Below, in pieces: positions 9,460 through 17,462 of a stretch of DNA of 38,938 nucleotides (within the stretch, counting starts at the first letter, position 1; every line of letters starts with the position of its first letter). The stretch is taken from the UHGV virus genome UHGV-0003687; one strand, given 5' to 3'. The DNA is from a virus. The position numbers and the translations under genes were made by a program. The notes below the pieces were generated by a model that was not told where the DNA came from, searched no databases, and worked only from the letters and a program-made list of their open reading frames with translations.

Positions 9460-12096
9460 TTAAGTAATGATCTCGCATACACCCGTTGCCGTGGTATGCT
9501 CATTGATCTTACTGACAATCATATCCTTCAGTTTCACCCCATCCATAGAGATGTTCGGGTCTATCTTCAACACTGCTGCCAAAAGGGCTTTCAGAACTTT
9601 CAGGATCTCCTCGTCGTACCTGCCGCCGCTGACTGCCTGTGCTGCCTGCATAGCCATCTCCCGAAGCTTATCCTCCGGAGCCACAACCTCGCCCTGGTGT
9701 CGGTTATCACCGATCATTGCAAGCTGTGGAGTGTTGGGCTTTACGTAAGCGCCCTGTGCCAGCTCCGGAATCTTACCGATGTTAATGCCGAACTTTTTCC
9801 CGCCGATTACAGGCACCCATTTGGGGATGTCAAACTTGATCTTGCTAAGTCCGTCAATCAGTTTGTTGAGTCCCCGGATGATTGCGTTAAGCGGCGTTTT
9901 TATGATTCCGACCAGCATATCAAAGATACCCTTAAATACGTCTTTCACTCCATTCCAGGCCTTTTTCCAGTCCCCAGTAAATACGCCTACGATAAAATCT
10001 ATCAAGCCTTTGGCGGTTTTGGCGAAACCTCCAACCACCTTACCAATCGCCCCGAAAACATCCATAAATACATTGCCTATCTCTTTTACGATTGGCGCAA
10101 GCACCGGCACAAGGTGCGCAATGAGCCAGTCAAAGATTGGCTTTATGAACATTTCGTACCTTGTTTTGATGTAGTCCGCCACAGTTCCAGCTAGCTCCAT
10201 GATGTTTTCCATACATGGCTTTAGATTATTCTCGTACACCTCCTGGAACTTCGCCGCCCATGCGTCCAGCACCGGCGCTACGTATGTGTTATACAGTTCC
10301 AGGAGCTTACCGAGACTGTCACTAGCTCCTTCCTTGAACGCCGTGAACAGAGGGGCAATATGTTCGTTGTACACCGCCTCAATCTTGGCAAACGCATCCG
10401 AAACGGCATCCTTTATGGTCCCAACCACCGTGGAAATAGGTTCCAGCGTGTTTGTGATCGCTTCGGATATCTTATCCTTATTATTGACGATTGGCTGTAT
10501 GAGGAGCGCCGACAGATCATGCCCTGCACGTGCAAACAATTCTGCACCACCCAGTACGCCGGTTGTCAGCATGTCCAGAACGTCCGCGGTGATCCGTTTT
10601 CCTGCCTTACTGTCGAATGCTCCACTTATGATGTCGCCCATAGCTGCTGCAAAATCTGTCTTTAGCTTCACTACGTCAGACTTGATACCGATGATCCCGG
10701 CAAGCTTCTTCTTGATAAAATCTTTTTTCTTTTCCAGCGTTTCGGATATGCCATTCGTCAGATTCGACACAACGGAAGAACCGACTTTTCCGGCAATCCC
10801 GACCAGTCTGCCAAAGCTGTATGTGACGGTTTCCACCCACTTCCCGGCGGCTCCCTGCACTTCGTCCGACTGGAAGATATCTTTAACGGATTTCCCTATG
10901 CTCTGAACATTCTCCCGGATGTCAGCAAAGTTTTTTTCGGAATCTCCAAATTCCAAAGAAAAGCCCTGCCGAAACAGTTCTTTTAATTCACGGAGCTTGT
11001 CCTTCAACCTATCAATGGATGATCCCGTCTTGTCAATAACGGTTTCTCCAGTAGCAAGGCTGCCAAAGTCTATATTTCCTGCACCGGAACCGGAAGAACT
11101 CCCGGAATCGGTGCTTGGGCTGTCCTGCTTCTGGATCTTATCAAATCCCATGAGCCCCTTCATTTCCTTGGCTGTCTTTTTCGCTGCGTCACCGGCTGCC
11201 TCTGTGGAATCCGTTAAAGCCTCCGCTGCACCGGCTGCACCGCTCAAACTCTTTTCTGCTTCTGCTCCCGTAGACTTGTTGCCGGTCACCAGCTCCGTGA
11301 ATGACTTAAAAGCATTCGCAAGCGTTGCCAGCTTCCCAATGAGCGTGTTGATAACCTTAAGGACAGGCGTAAATACATTGATAAGCCCCTGACCTATGGT
11401 GGCCTTTAGGCTGTCGAACTGAAGCTTTAATACTCTTACCTGGTTCGCCCATCCATCAGATGTTCGCGCAAAATCTCCGGTGGCGGTTGCGAGTTGATCC
11501 TGCACAAAAGCGTACCGGAGAGCGACCTTTTCCGCTTCGGTCATCTTTGCTACGGTCTTGCCGAATCCCTTTGTCAACGCAAAAGAATCAAGCGCAGTCT
11601 GCGTCATAACAACGCCCAGATCCTTCAAGGACTCTGTCTCGCCGGTGAACACGGATTTCAGCTTTACGTAAGCCTCGTCCTGGGAGATGTTGTAGAAAGA
11701 AGCTACATCTCCGGCCAGTCCAGTGAGCGTTGTACTCATGTCGTAAGCCTGGCTCTCCGCAAAACCAAACGCTTTTGCCATTGCCCCAAACGTCCCGGTG
11801 AATTTCTTCGCCATCGTTTCCGACAGTCCATAAGTGGCCGCTGCACTCTGGGCGAACTTATCCACCTGCGCCGACATTTTAGGAAAGGTGACATCCACTA
11901 CGTTCTGAACCTCTGACAGGTCGGAACCAAGCTCTATACACTGCTTCCCGAAATCTACAAGCTTCTTGACGGAAAAGGCTGCCGCGATAACAGCCCCAGC
12001 CTTCTTTGCCGTGCTGGTTATGCCGGAAAGCTGCTTGTCATATTGTTTTTTATTGATATTGAGATCAAGGTCTATCTGCCCCACGCTCTTACCCAT
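9460..12096 (-). CDS. Tail tape measure protein
   Basis: 878 aa, alpha-helical and low-complexity (Ala/Gly/Ser/Lys-rich). Sits directly after the overlapping chaperone ORF pair and before the distal tail genes. Confidence 0.85.
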   Translation of the reverse strand: MGKSVGQIDLDLNINKKQYDKQLSGITSTAKKAGAVIAAAFSVKKLVDFGKQCIELGSDLSEVQNVVDVTFPKMSAQVDKFAQSAAATYGLSETMAKKFTGTFGAMAKAFGFAESQAYDMSTTLTGLAGDVASFYNISQDEAYVKLKSVFTGETESLKDLGVVMTQTALDSFALTKGFGKTVAKMTEAEKVALRYAFVQDQLATATGDFARTSDGWANQVRVLKLQFDSLKATIGQGLINVFTPVLKVINTLIGKLATLANAFKSFTELVTGNKSTGAEAEKSLSGAAGAAEALTDSTEAAGDAAKKTAKEMKGLMGFDKIQKQDSPSTDSGSSSGSGAGNIDFGSLATGETVIDKTGSSIDRLKDKLRELKELFRQGFSLEFGDSEKNFADIRENVQSIGKSVKDIFQSDEVQGAAGKWVETVTYSFGRLVGIAGKVGSSVVSNLTNGISETLEKKKDFIKKKLAGIIGIKSDVVKLKTDFAAAMGDIISGAFDSKAGKRITADVLDMLTTGVLGGAELFARAGHDLSALLIQPIVNNKDKISEAITNTLEPISTVVGTIKDAVSDAFAKIEAVYNEHIAPLFTAFKEGASDSLGKLLELYNTYVAPVLDAWAAKFQEVYENNLKPCMENIMELAGTVADYIKTRYEMFIKPIFDWLIAHLVPVLAPIVKEIGNVFMDVFGAIGKVVGGFAKTAKGLIDFIVGVFTGDWKKAWNGVKDVFKGIFDMLVGIIKTPLNAIIRGLNKLIDGLSKIKFDIPKWVPVIGGKKFGINIGKIPELAQGAYVKPNTPQLAMIGDNRHQGEVVAPEDKLREMAMQAAQAVSGGRYDEEILKVLKALLAAVLKIDPNISMDGVKLKDMIVSKINEHTTATGVCEIIT

Positions 12097-12100
12097 GACT

Positions 12101-12526
12101 TCACTCCTTTCCCGCCATAGCGATAAATACCTGCTTTAATTGATCCAGCACGTTATCCAGTTGTTCTTCCGTCATGGCCTTTGCCCTCCGGTTTCTCCAT
12201 TCGCTCCGGATCCGGCGCTGTTCCTTTGAAAAATGCTTAAGGATTTCCATGTCATCCTCCGCCCGGATAGAGACAATCCTTCCCAGTGGCGTCTCCGGGG
12301 ATATCCCACACAGCAACGCCTTAAATTCATTCCATTTCATGCCTGCCAGATCCTTAGCCAGGCGTAACCCATATTGTGCCTGGAATGAGGCTTGTATGAG
12401 GTCGAAATCATCAATTAGATCATAATATGGGTCACTGCTCCCCCTGGTCGTCCTCACCGATAACCAGGTTGACTGCTTCCGAGACAAGCGTCTTAAAATC
12501 ATCAATGGAAAGCTTGAAACCATCAA
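12101..12526 (-). CDS. Tail assembly chaperone, downstream ('T') frame; probably expressed as a frameshift fusion with 12432..12731
   Basis: Overlaps the upstream chaperone ORF by 95 nt in the +1 frame. The first ~30 codons (RR-rich) look like an out-of-frame read of the upstream ORF. Protein-like sequence begins near DPYYDLIDDF, just past the upstream stop. Confidence 0.55.
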   Translation of the reverse strand: MMVSSFPLMILRRLSRKQSTWLSVRTTRGSSDPYYDLIDDFDLIQASFQAQYGLRLAKDLAGMKWNEFKALLCGISPETPLGRIVSIRAEDDMEILKHFSKEQRRIRSEWRNRRAKAMTEEQLDNVLDQLKQVFIAMAGKE

Positions 12527-12731
12527 TCACCTTGCGTGCCTTCTCATCAAACAGGATCTGATATACGTCTGATATTTCCTTTACTGAAACTCCCTCCCCA
12601 TCCCCGATGATCCCCATGATCTTAAGGACGGTCGTAGCGTCAGCATTGACTTCCAATTTTTTCCCTTTGATGGTCAGCTTTGGATTTTCATCGAAGCTAA
12701 GTTTATCTGTAATGTCTACAATTTTTGACAT
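12432..12731 (-). CDS. Tail assembly chaperone (gpG-like, acidic, 99 aa)
   Basis: Small acidic protein between the major tail and tape measure genes. Strong RBS; the classic G/GT position. Confidence 0.65.
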   Translation of the reverse strand: MSKIVDITDKLSFDENPKLTIKGKKLEVNADATTVLKIMGIIGDGEGVSVKEISDVYQILFDEKARKVIDGFKLSIDDFKTLVSEAVNLVIGEDDQGEQ

Positions 12732-12779
12732 AGTGTTCTCCTTTCGAAAAAGAGCCAGGGTTTTGCCCCTGGCCCATTG

Positions 12780-13232
12780 TTACGCCGCCGGTGTAATGGT
12801 CGGCTTACCGTTGCTCAAAACATCAAATTCCAACGGTGCAACGCCCGTGGAATCGCCTGCACCAATGTTGGTAACATTGATGATGGCCGCGTCCCAGGAA
12901 ATAACCGTGCCGTCCTTGAACGTCCACGCAAAATATGCTTCCACATTGCGTCCGTTCTTAAGGGCTTTATCTGCAACGAAATCATTTCCGGTATCTCCGA
13001 TGTTCCGCTTTCCGCTCACCGATATGGTGACTCCCTTTGCGGTCATTAACCGCCGCACCCAGCCCTCTGTGTCGAAGGGTGTCCACTCTTCCACACCGTT
13101 ATCAAAAGATACAGAAAAGCTTTCCATGTCCTTGATCGCGGCGGCGGAATCACTCGCTGCGCCCACCTTGAACTGGTTCTCATAACACGGGTATACACCC
13201 GAAAACGTTGTGCTAGATGGTGTTTCTGGCAT
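12780..13232 (-). CDS. Major tail protein
   Basis: About 150 aa beta-rich protein. Start taken at MPETPSS (ATG 13232) rather than the track's 13268. Lies between the neck genes and the chaperones. Confidence 0.65.
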   Translation of the reverse strand: MPETPSSTTFSGVYPCYENQFKVGAASDSAAAIKDMESFSVSFDNGVEEWTPFDTEGWVRRLMTAKGVTISVSGKRNIGDTGNDFVADKALKNGRNVEAYFAWTFKDGTVISWDAAIINVTNIGAGDSTGVAPLEFDVLSNGKPTITPAA

Positions 13233-13243
13233 AATCTTCTTAC

Positions 13244-13645
13244 CTACCTTTCGCAATAAAATAAGCATTCGATCACGTATTCATAGATTCCGTTATCGTC
13301 CGTATCGACGGGGATAGGCTCATCATAAGCCACGGATATGAATTTGATCGTATGCTCGCCTACATGTTCCTCACGGCAGGACAACAACTTCTGCTGTAGT
13401 CTTGCCGCCGCTGCCTCACTCTCTCCGGGGATCCGGTTCCAATGGATCAGGAAGGATATGCCCTTCGCGCCATATGAGGCATTTTCCAGGCCGCCGATCG
13501 GGATGTTGCATGGCTGCCTGTTTTTCAAGGGATACACGCCGATAGACTTCTCCTTCTTATCCGGCATTTTGCCGCAATAGCAGTGTTCGTCCTCGGCAAT
13601 CCCCAATGTTGCTACATAATCTCTGATATCTTCCAGCGTCATCAT
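13244..13645 (-). CDS. Head-tail joining / tail terminator-like protein
   Basis: 133 aa; one of four small ORFs between the capsid and major tail genes. Confidence 0.45.
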   Translation of the reverse strand: MMTLEDIRDYVATLGIAEDEHCYCGKMPDKKEKSIGVYPLKNRQPCNIPIGGLENASYGAKGISFLIHWNRIPGESEAAAARLQQKLLSCREEHVGEHTIKFISVAYDEPIPVDTDDNGIYEYVIECLFYCER

Positions 13646-14055
13646 AATCCGGCATTCCTCCTGTATAGCTCCTTGAAGGTATCTGGAGCAAACTTCGCTT
13701 CCTTCCCGCCCGGCAACCAGTCCTCAAACCACTTACCTTTTGCATTCGGGTTTCCGTCATGCTTTCCGCCTTTTGAATCCGTCCAAGGCTCACGGTGGAA
13801 ATTGTATTCTGGATGGAAATACAACCGCCTGGAATACGGCGTGCTGTGTACCAACGTGGCCGTACCTTCATTAGTCTGGGAATAGTCAGCGAAGAAGCCC
13901 TCACCTTCCAATAATCCGGTGTCACGCGGAACAACTTCCGCCCGCACAACCTCCGTGTGAAGTGCTTCTGTGGTCTGTTCAAGAGACCTCACTGCTCCCT
14001 TGGAAAGTTGCCTGATCGCCTGCTGGTTTATTTTGATCTTACTGGTGCATTTCAT
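13642..14055 (-). CDS. Neck / tail-completion protein (minor capsid protein family)
   Basis: 137 aa; in the neck module, overlapping its neighbours by 4 nt. Confidence 0.45.
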   Translation of the reverse strand: MKCTSKIKINQQAIRQLSKGAVRSLEQTTEALHTEVVRAEVVPRDTGLLEGEGFFADYSQTNEGTATLVHSTPYSRRLYFHPEYNFHREPWTDSKGGKHDGNPNAKGKWFEDWLPGGKEAKFAPDTFKELYRRNAGL

Positions 14056-14393
14056 TAGACCAACTCCAATCCTGTGTAGTTTACAGTTCCATCCGGGTTT
14101 CTGGCCTTGGTTCCCAGCGCGATTCTGCGCTCCACGCCAAACACCGTCACAGATCCACCGCTTATCACCGCTAGGGAAGGCGCGATATCACCAGGGAACA
14201 GAGCAGTCCCGGTTACTTCAACCAGCTTCTTCTCGGCGGTGAGAACCGTTTTTGCCCCGTCCTGATAATTGCATTTCCCAACGTAGGTTACTGGTAAGAG
14301 TGGCCTGCCGTACTTGTCCACACCTCCGGGGTCGATCTCCACGCGGATATCCGTCTTACACTGTCTCTTATCAACCAGACATGGGTACCGCAT
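14055..14393 (-). CDS. Head closure / neck protein
   Basis: Start assigned to MRYPCLV (ATG 14393), preceded by GGGGAGAAGGTGA; the track's start at 14420 overlaps the upstream gene. Confidence 0.45.
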   Translation of the reverse strand: MRYPCLVDKRQCKTDIRVEIDPGGVDKYGRPLLPVTYVGKCNYQDGAKTVLTAEKKLVEVTGTALFPGDIAPSLAVISGGSVTVFGVERRIALGTKARNPDGTVNYTGLELV

Positions 14394-14397
14394 AAAA

Positions 14398-14787
14398 TCA
14401 CCTTCTCCCCAGCGACGCACAACACAATCCCGTCTGCGCCAACTTCTCGTAGATGTCTGACCGGATCGCCACGCCGGATATCACCTTGACATTCCAGGAA
14501 TTCCCAAAACTCATGGAAACGCCGTTGATGGAGTAGCTCTGCAGCACATTCTGTATGAGATCTTCGTTCTCATACTCAAACTCGGCCAGCTCACAGCACA
14601 CTTCCCGAATGATCTCCTGCTGGAACTGCGTCAAATTGGAAAATCCCCGGCCTACAATCCGGTTGTAGGTCAGGGAATCAATATGTCGGCTGGCAGTGCG
14701 CAGATACTTGTCCACGTCATCCTCGATGATCTCACCGCCAGCCTCCCGGGAGTAATACCGTTCATCCGCATATGGTTCGTATGCCAT
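14398..14787 (-). CDS. Head-tail connector (gp6/gp15-like adaptor)
   Basis: Start assigned to MAYEPYADERYY (ATG 14787), preceded by AGTAAGGAGGGG. The track's 208-aa version carries an N-terminal extension that runs into the capsid gene and is spurious. Acidic protein. Confidence 0.55.
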   Translation of the reverse strand: MAYEPYADERYYSREAGGEIIEDDVDKYLRTASRHIDSLTYNRIVGRGFSNLTQFQQEIIREVCCELAEFEYENEDLIQNVLQSYSINGVSMSFGNSWNVKVISGVAIRSDIYEKLAQTGLCCASLGRR

Positions 14788-14800
14788 AGGGATCCCCTCC

Positions 14801-15877
14801 TTACTCTCCGGCGTACTCTTCGGTGTCCACATCAACATAGATACTGTCGATCTTACCGTCCCGGCCATTCGGGAACACAAACACGTCCGACAGAGAACGG
14901 TTCTGGTACAGATAACCATCACCCTCTGTGTGTGCACCCGGCTCGAAGTAGTAAATGCTAGAGATCTTCGGGACGGTCTTACAGGTCTGTCCGCACGCCA
15001 CCAGCACGTTGATCTTATGTGCACCGGCTACCTTCTCGTAGTAGCTTCCAAGGCTTGCCTTCGCGGGGGAAGTAACCTTGGTGTAGGTTCCGCCAGACTC
15101 TGTATAGTAATCCTTGCCGGATACGATATCGGTGTCCGCGGTCTTTACGTAGGCTGCCTTCTGTGGTACAAAGCCACCGTCCTCCGTGTTCCAGTCAAAG
15201 GCATCATAGAAGCGCTCGTCGTCGATAACCTCCATGATGGGTACTCCGTCAATGTCGGTTACCCTGGTCTCGATACCCAGCCCGCCCTCGGCAATCTGCG
15301 TCATCTCGATCTTACGGGTGAATTCCGTGGACTGCTCCAAAGCGTCCATGATCGCGCTTGTGACATACATGATCAGTGAACCGTTGGCCTTATAGCGGCG
15401 AAGCTTTCCTTTCGCAAGGATATCCTTCAGCGCACCGAACACCTTCGCCTTAGTGTAGCCAGTAGCCGCTGCCGTGCTGGAATGATAACCGGCTACCGCC
15501 AACGCTGCCTGCGCCACCTTGGAAAAGAACAGCGCGTCTGTCTCCGGCACAACCTGGGTCTGTTCGAAGATCCGGGAAATGTTCTGGATGGAAGATGTGG
15601 AATTGGTCTCGTCCACGTCTGCCTTGTCCACCATGAACTGGATATCGCGGTCATGGGTGAGTGTGAAGGGTACATCCTTCTGCACGTAATCACCCTTATT
15701 CCACCCGCCGTTCCGGCTGTGGTTCTTATATCCAGAGGTAGACATCTGGGTGAAATGGAACGTCTTAGCGTCCAGCCATCTCACATTGCTGGTGATAAAC
15801 GGAGAAGTCAATGATCCCTGCATCAAAATCTCCAGGAGCTCCGGGCTCCATACTTCTGCGTAGTTTAAATTTGGCAT
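14801..15877 (-). CDS. Major capsid protein
   Basis: 358 aa. Follows the scaffold gene and precedes the connector; SPP1-like head-module order. Confidence 0.75.
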   Translation of the reverse strand: MPNLNYAEVWSPELLEILMQGSLTSPFITSNVRWLDAKTFHFTQMSTSGYKNHSRNGGWNKGDYVQKDVPFTLTHDRDIQFMVDKADVDETNSTSSIQNISRIFEQTQVVPETDALFFSKVAQAALAVAGYHSSTAAATGYTKAKVFGALKDILAKGKLRRYKANGSLIMYVTSAIMDALEQSTEFTRKIEMTQIAEGGLGIETRVTDIDGVPIMEVIDDERFYDAFDWNTEDGGFVPQKAAYVKTADTDIVSGKDYYTESGGTYTKVTSPAKASLGSYYEKVAGAHKINVLVACGQTCKTVPKISSIYYFEPGAHTEGDGYLYQNRSLSDVFVFPNGRDGKIDSIYVDVDTEEYAGE

Positions 15878-15917
15878 ATCTTATGCCCTCCTTTCTTGAT
15901 GTGCCCACTGTCGGGCG

Positions 15918-16580
15918 TTAATTCCACCGGTTCCACCGCTTGGTTGGTACCTGCGGCTGAACTTGTGGTGGTGTCTGCGGATTTGTATTCGTACCGCTGC
16001 CCCCGATCTGGAAACCTTTCTGTGTCTCCTGTGCGGGCTTTAGTTGCGGCACTGCTTCAAGCACCGCGTTCAGCGCGTTCTTGATAGCCTCCTCGCTGAT
16101 CTTCCCGTCCTGTCCGACTGCCTGGCTTAAGTCAGCCATCTTAAGGACGTAAGGGATGGTCTTGGCATCAATTCCAAGGGACACCGCTGCCATTGTGGCC
16201 GCAGACTGTACCTGCGCCTGCTGTGCAGCCGCATTGGCCTGCGTGATCTGGGTCTGTGCCTGTGCAAGCTGGGTCTGCATACCTGCTACATCCGGCTGAT
16301 TGGCGGCCTTCTGTGCCTTGAATGCCTGAATGGCCTGCGTCATCTCTTCCTGGCTCAATCCCTGCTGCTTGAAGTAGCCTTTCAGTACGGATTCCTCCGT
16401 GACCGTCTGCTTGCCCGCTACCAGGCTCGCCAGCTTGTCATAATCAAACGCTGGTGCTGGCGGATTCTGGTTTGCAGCTGTCCCACCTGCTGGTTGCGGA
16501 TCTGCTGGCGGGTTTCCACCTGCTCCACCTGCTGCGCCGCCATCTGCTGCAAAAAATACTCTTACAAATCTGTTATTCAT
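15918..16580 (-). CDS. Scaffolding protein
   Basis: 220 aa, Ala/Gln-rich and alpha-helical, with a proline-rich N-terminus. Directly upstream of the capsid gene. Confidence 0.7.
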   Translation of the reverse strand: MNNRFVRVFFAADGGAAGGAGGNPPADPQPAGGTAANQNPPAPAFDYDKLASLVAGKQTVTEESVLKGYFKQQGLSQEEMTQAIQAFKAQKAANQPDVAGMQTQLAQAQTQITQANAAAQQAQVQSAATMAAVSLGIDAKTIPYVLKMADLSQAVGQDGKISEEAIKNALNAVLEAVPQLKPAQETQKGFQIGGSGTNTNPQTPPQVQPQVPTKRWNRWN

Positions 16581-16706
16581 GGTTCCTCACTCCTTCACAG
16601 TTTTTCTTGTGCTGTCTGCACGTACAGTTTTACGTGTGTCTCACTTTACAGTTGATAACCCGGTGTCTCCGTGTAGTTTCATGCCTTCGGGCATAAAAAT
16701 AACAGC

Positions 16707-16883
16707 CTACTTGGCTGCCGTTTCCTTTGATTCTTTCTTTTCCGGTTCCCGTATCCGTTCTGCCAGACCGAGCGATTCCAGTGTTACCGCCCGCGCCCCG
16801 TCTACATCCAGGACTTCGCCCTCCTTACGAAGCACAAGGTTGGCTGTGCGATCACGGAAATCGTGAAGCACCTTCACTTTCAT
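16707..16883 (-). CDS. Small hypothetical protein (58 aa, MKVKVLHDFRDRTANLVLRKEGEVLDVDGARAV...); not in the ORF track
   Basis: Found by hand. Strong RBS (GGAGGTGAGAATACC-ATG). Fills the gap between the YjcQ-like gene and the scaffold. Confidence 0.45.
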   Translation of the reverse strand: MKVKVLHDFRDRTANLVLRKEGEVLDVDGARAVTLESLGLAERIREPEKKESKETAAK

Positions 16884-16914
16884 GGTATTCTCACCTCCCT
16901 CTCTTTGATTTTTG

Positions 16915-16950
16915 GGTATAAAAATACCACTGGCTACAAAAAGCCAATGG
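16915..16950 (-). terminator. Rho-independent terminator candidate right after the YjcQ-like gene stop (CCATTGGC-N8-GCCAGTGG + UAUUUUUAU)
   Basis: 8-bp stem with one mismatch, followed on the minus-strand RNA by a U-rich tract. Confidence 0.4.
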
Positions 16951-16953
16951 CAT

Positions 16954-17277
16954 CTATAATCCCGGCACTGTTTCTTTTATCCCCTTTGCAAGATTAGCAG
17001 CCTTTTTCATCAGACTGTTATCTTCTAAATACTCCAATCCTTTCAGCGTTATTTCTGGCCGTCCAAGTGCTACTCTTGGGTATCCACAGTCCATAGCGTT
17101 CCAGGTCTGGCCGCCTGAAATATATCCCTCATTCAACAGCATTGCCATGATCCTGCTCCACTTCGGCTCTGTCAAGCCAAGACGTTCCGCTAATAGTGTT
17201 TCCCTATCAAATTCTTCGCAGTCCATTGATTTTTGAAGGATTCGGAGAATTTTGTAAATTAATCTGAAATCATCCAT
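16954..17277 (-). CDS. YjcQ-like phage protein
   Basis: 107 aa. Sequence (DDFRLIYKILRILQKSMD...MLLNEGYISG) resembles the YjcQ/DUF2513-type phage-associated family. Own RBS, and flanked by hairpins. Confidence 0.5.
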   Translation of the reverse strand: MDDFRLIYKILRILQKSMDCEEFDRETLLAERLGLTEPKWSRIMAMLLNEGYISGGQTWNAMDCGYPRVALGRPEITLKGLEYLEDNSLMKKAANLAKGIKETVPGL

Positions 17278-17330
17278 GATATCTGTCCTCTCAATATCGA
17301 AATACCACCGGCCGTTTCTGACTGGTGGTA

Positions 17331-17462
17331 TTAAATCCTTCCCTGTTTTCTCAACTCTTCGACCTCTTCCGTGGTGAGTTTTCTTGGCTTACTTGGCAAT
17401 GATATTCTATCTAAGTATGCTTCATACGCCTCTTTCTCTTGCTTTGTCATTTTCTCCCTCAT
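17331..17462 (-). CDS. Small ORF (43 aa, MREKMTKQEKEAYEAYLDRISLPSKP...) translationally coupled to the ART-fusion gene (ATGA overlap)
   Basis: Its ATG overlaps the TGA of the upstream gene. No ORF-track entry because it is under 60 aa. Confidence 0.3.
   Translation of the reverse strand: MREKMTKQEKEAYEAYLDRISLPSKPRKLTTEEVEELRKQGRI

Noticed and set aside
9496-10194. 232-aa + strand ORF inside the tape-measure gene.
   Set aside because: Antisense shadow of a confidently coding minus-strand gene.
14788-15024. Long N-terminal extension of the connector ORF (MHIRSTCWWRADRP...).
   Set aside because: It overlaps the capsid gene in another frame and is Arg/Cys-rich. A strong RBS defines the internal start at 14787.
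16681-16694. ATGCCTTCGGGCAT hairpin with a TTCG tetraloop downstream of the small ORF 16707..16883.
   Set aside because: There is no U-tract on either strand. It lies in the scaffold gene's leader, so a terminator call is not supported; it may be an RNA stability element.
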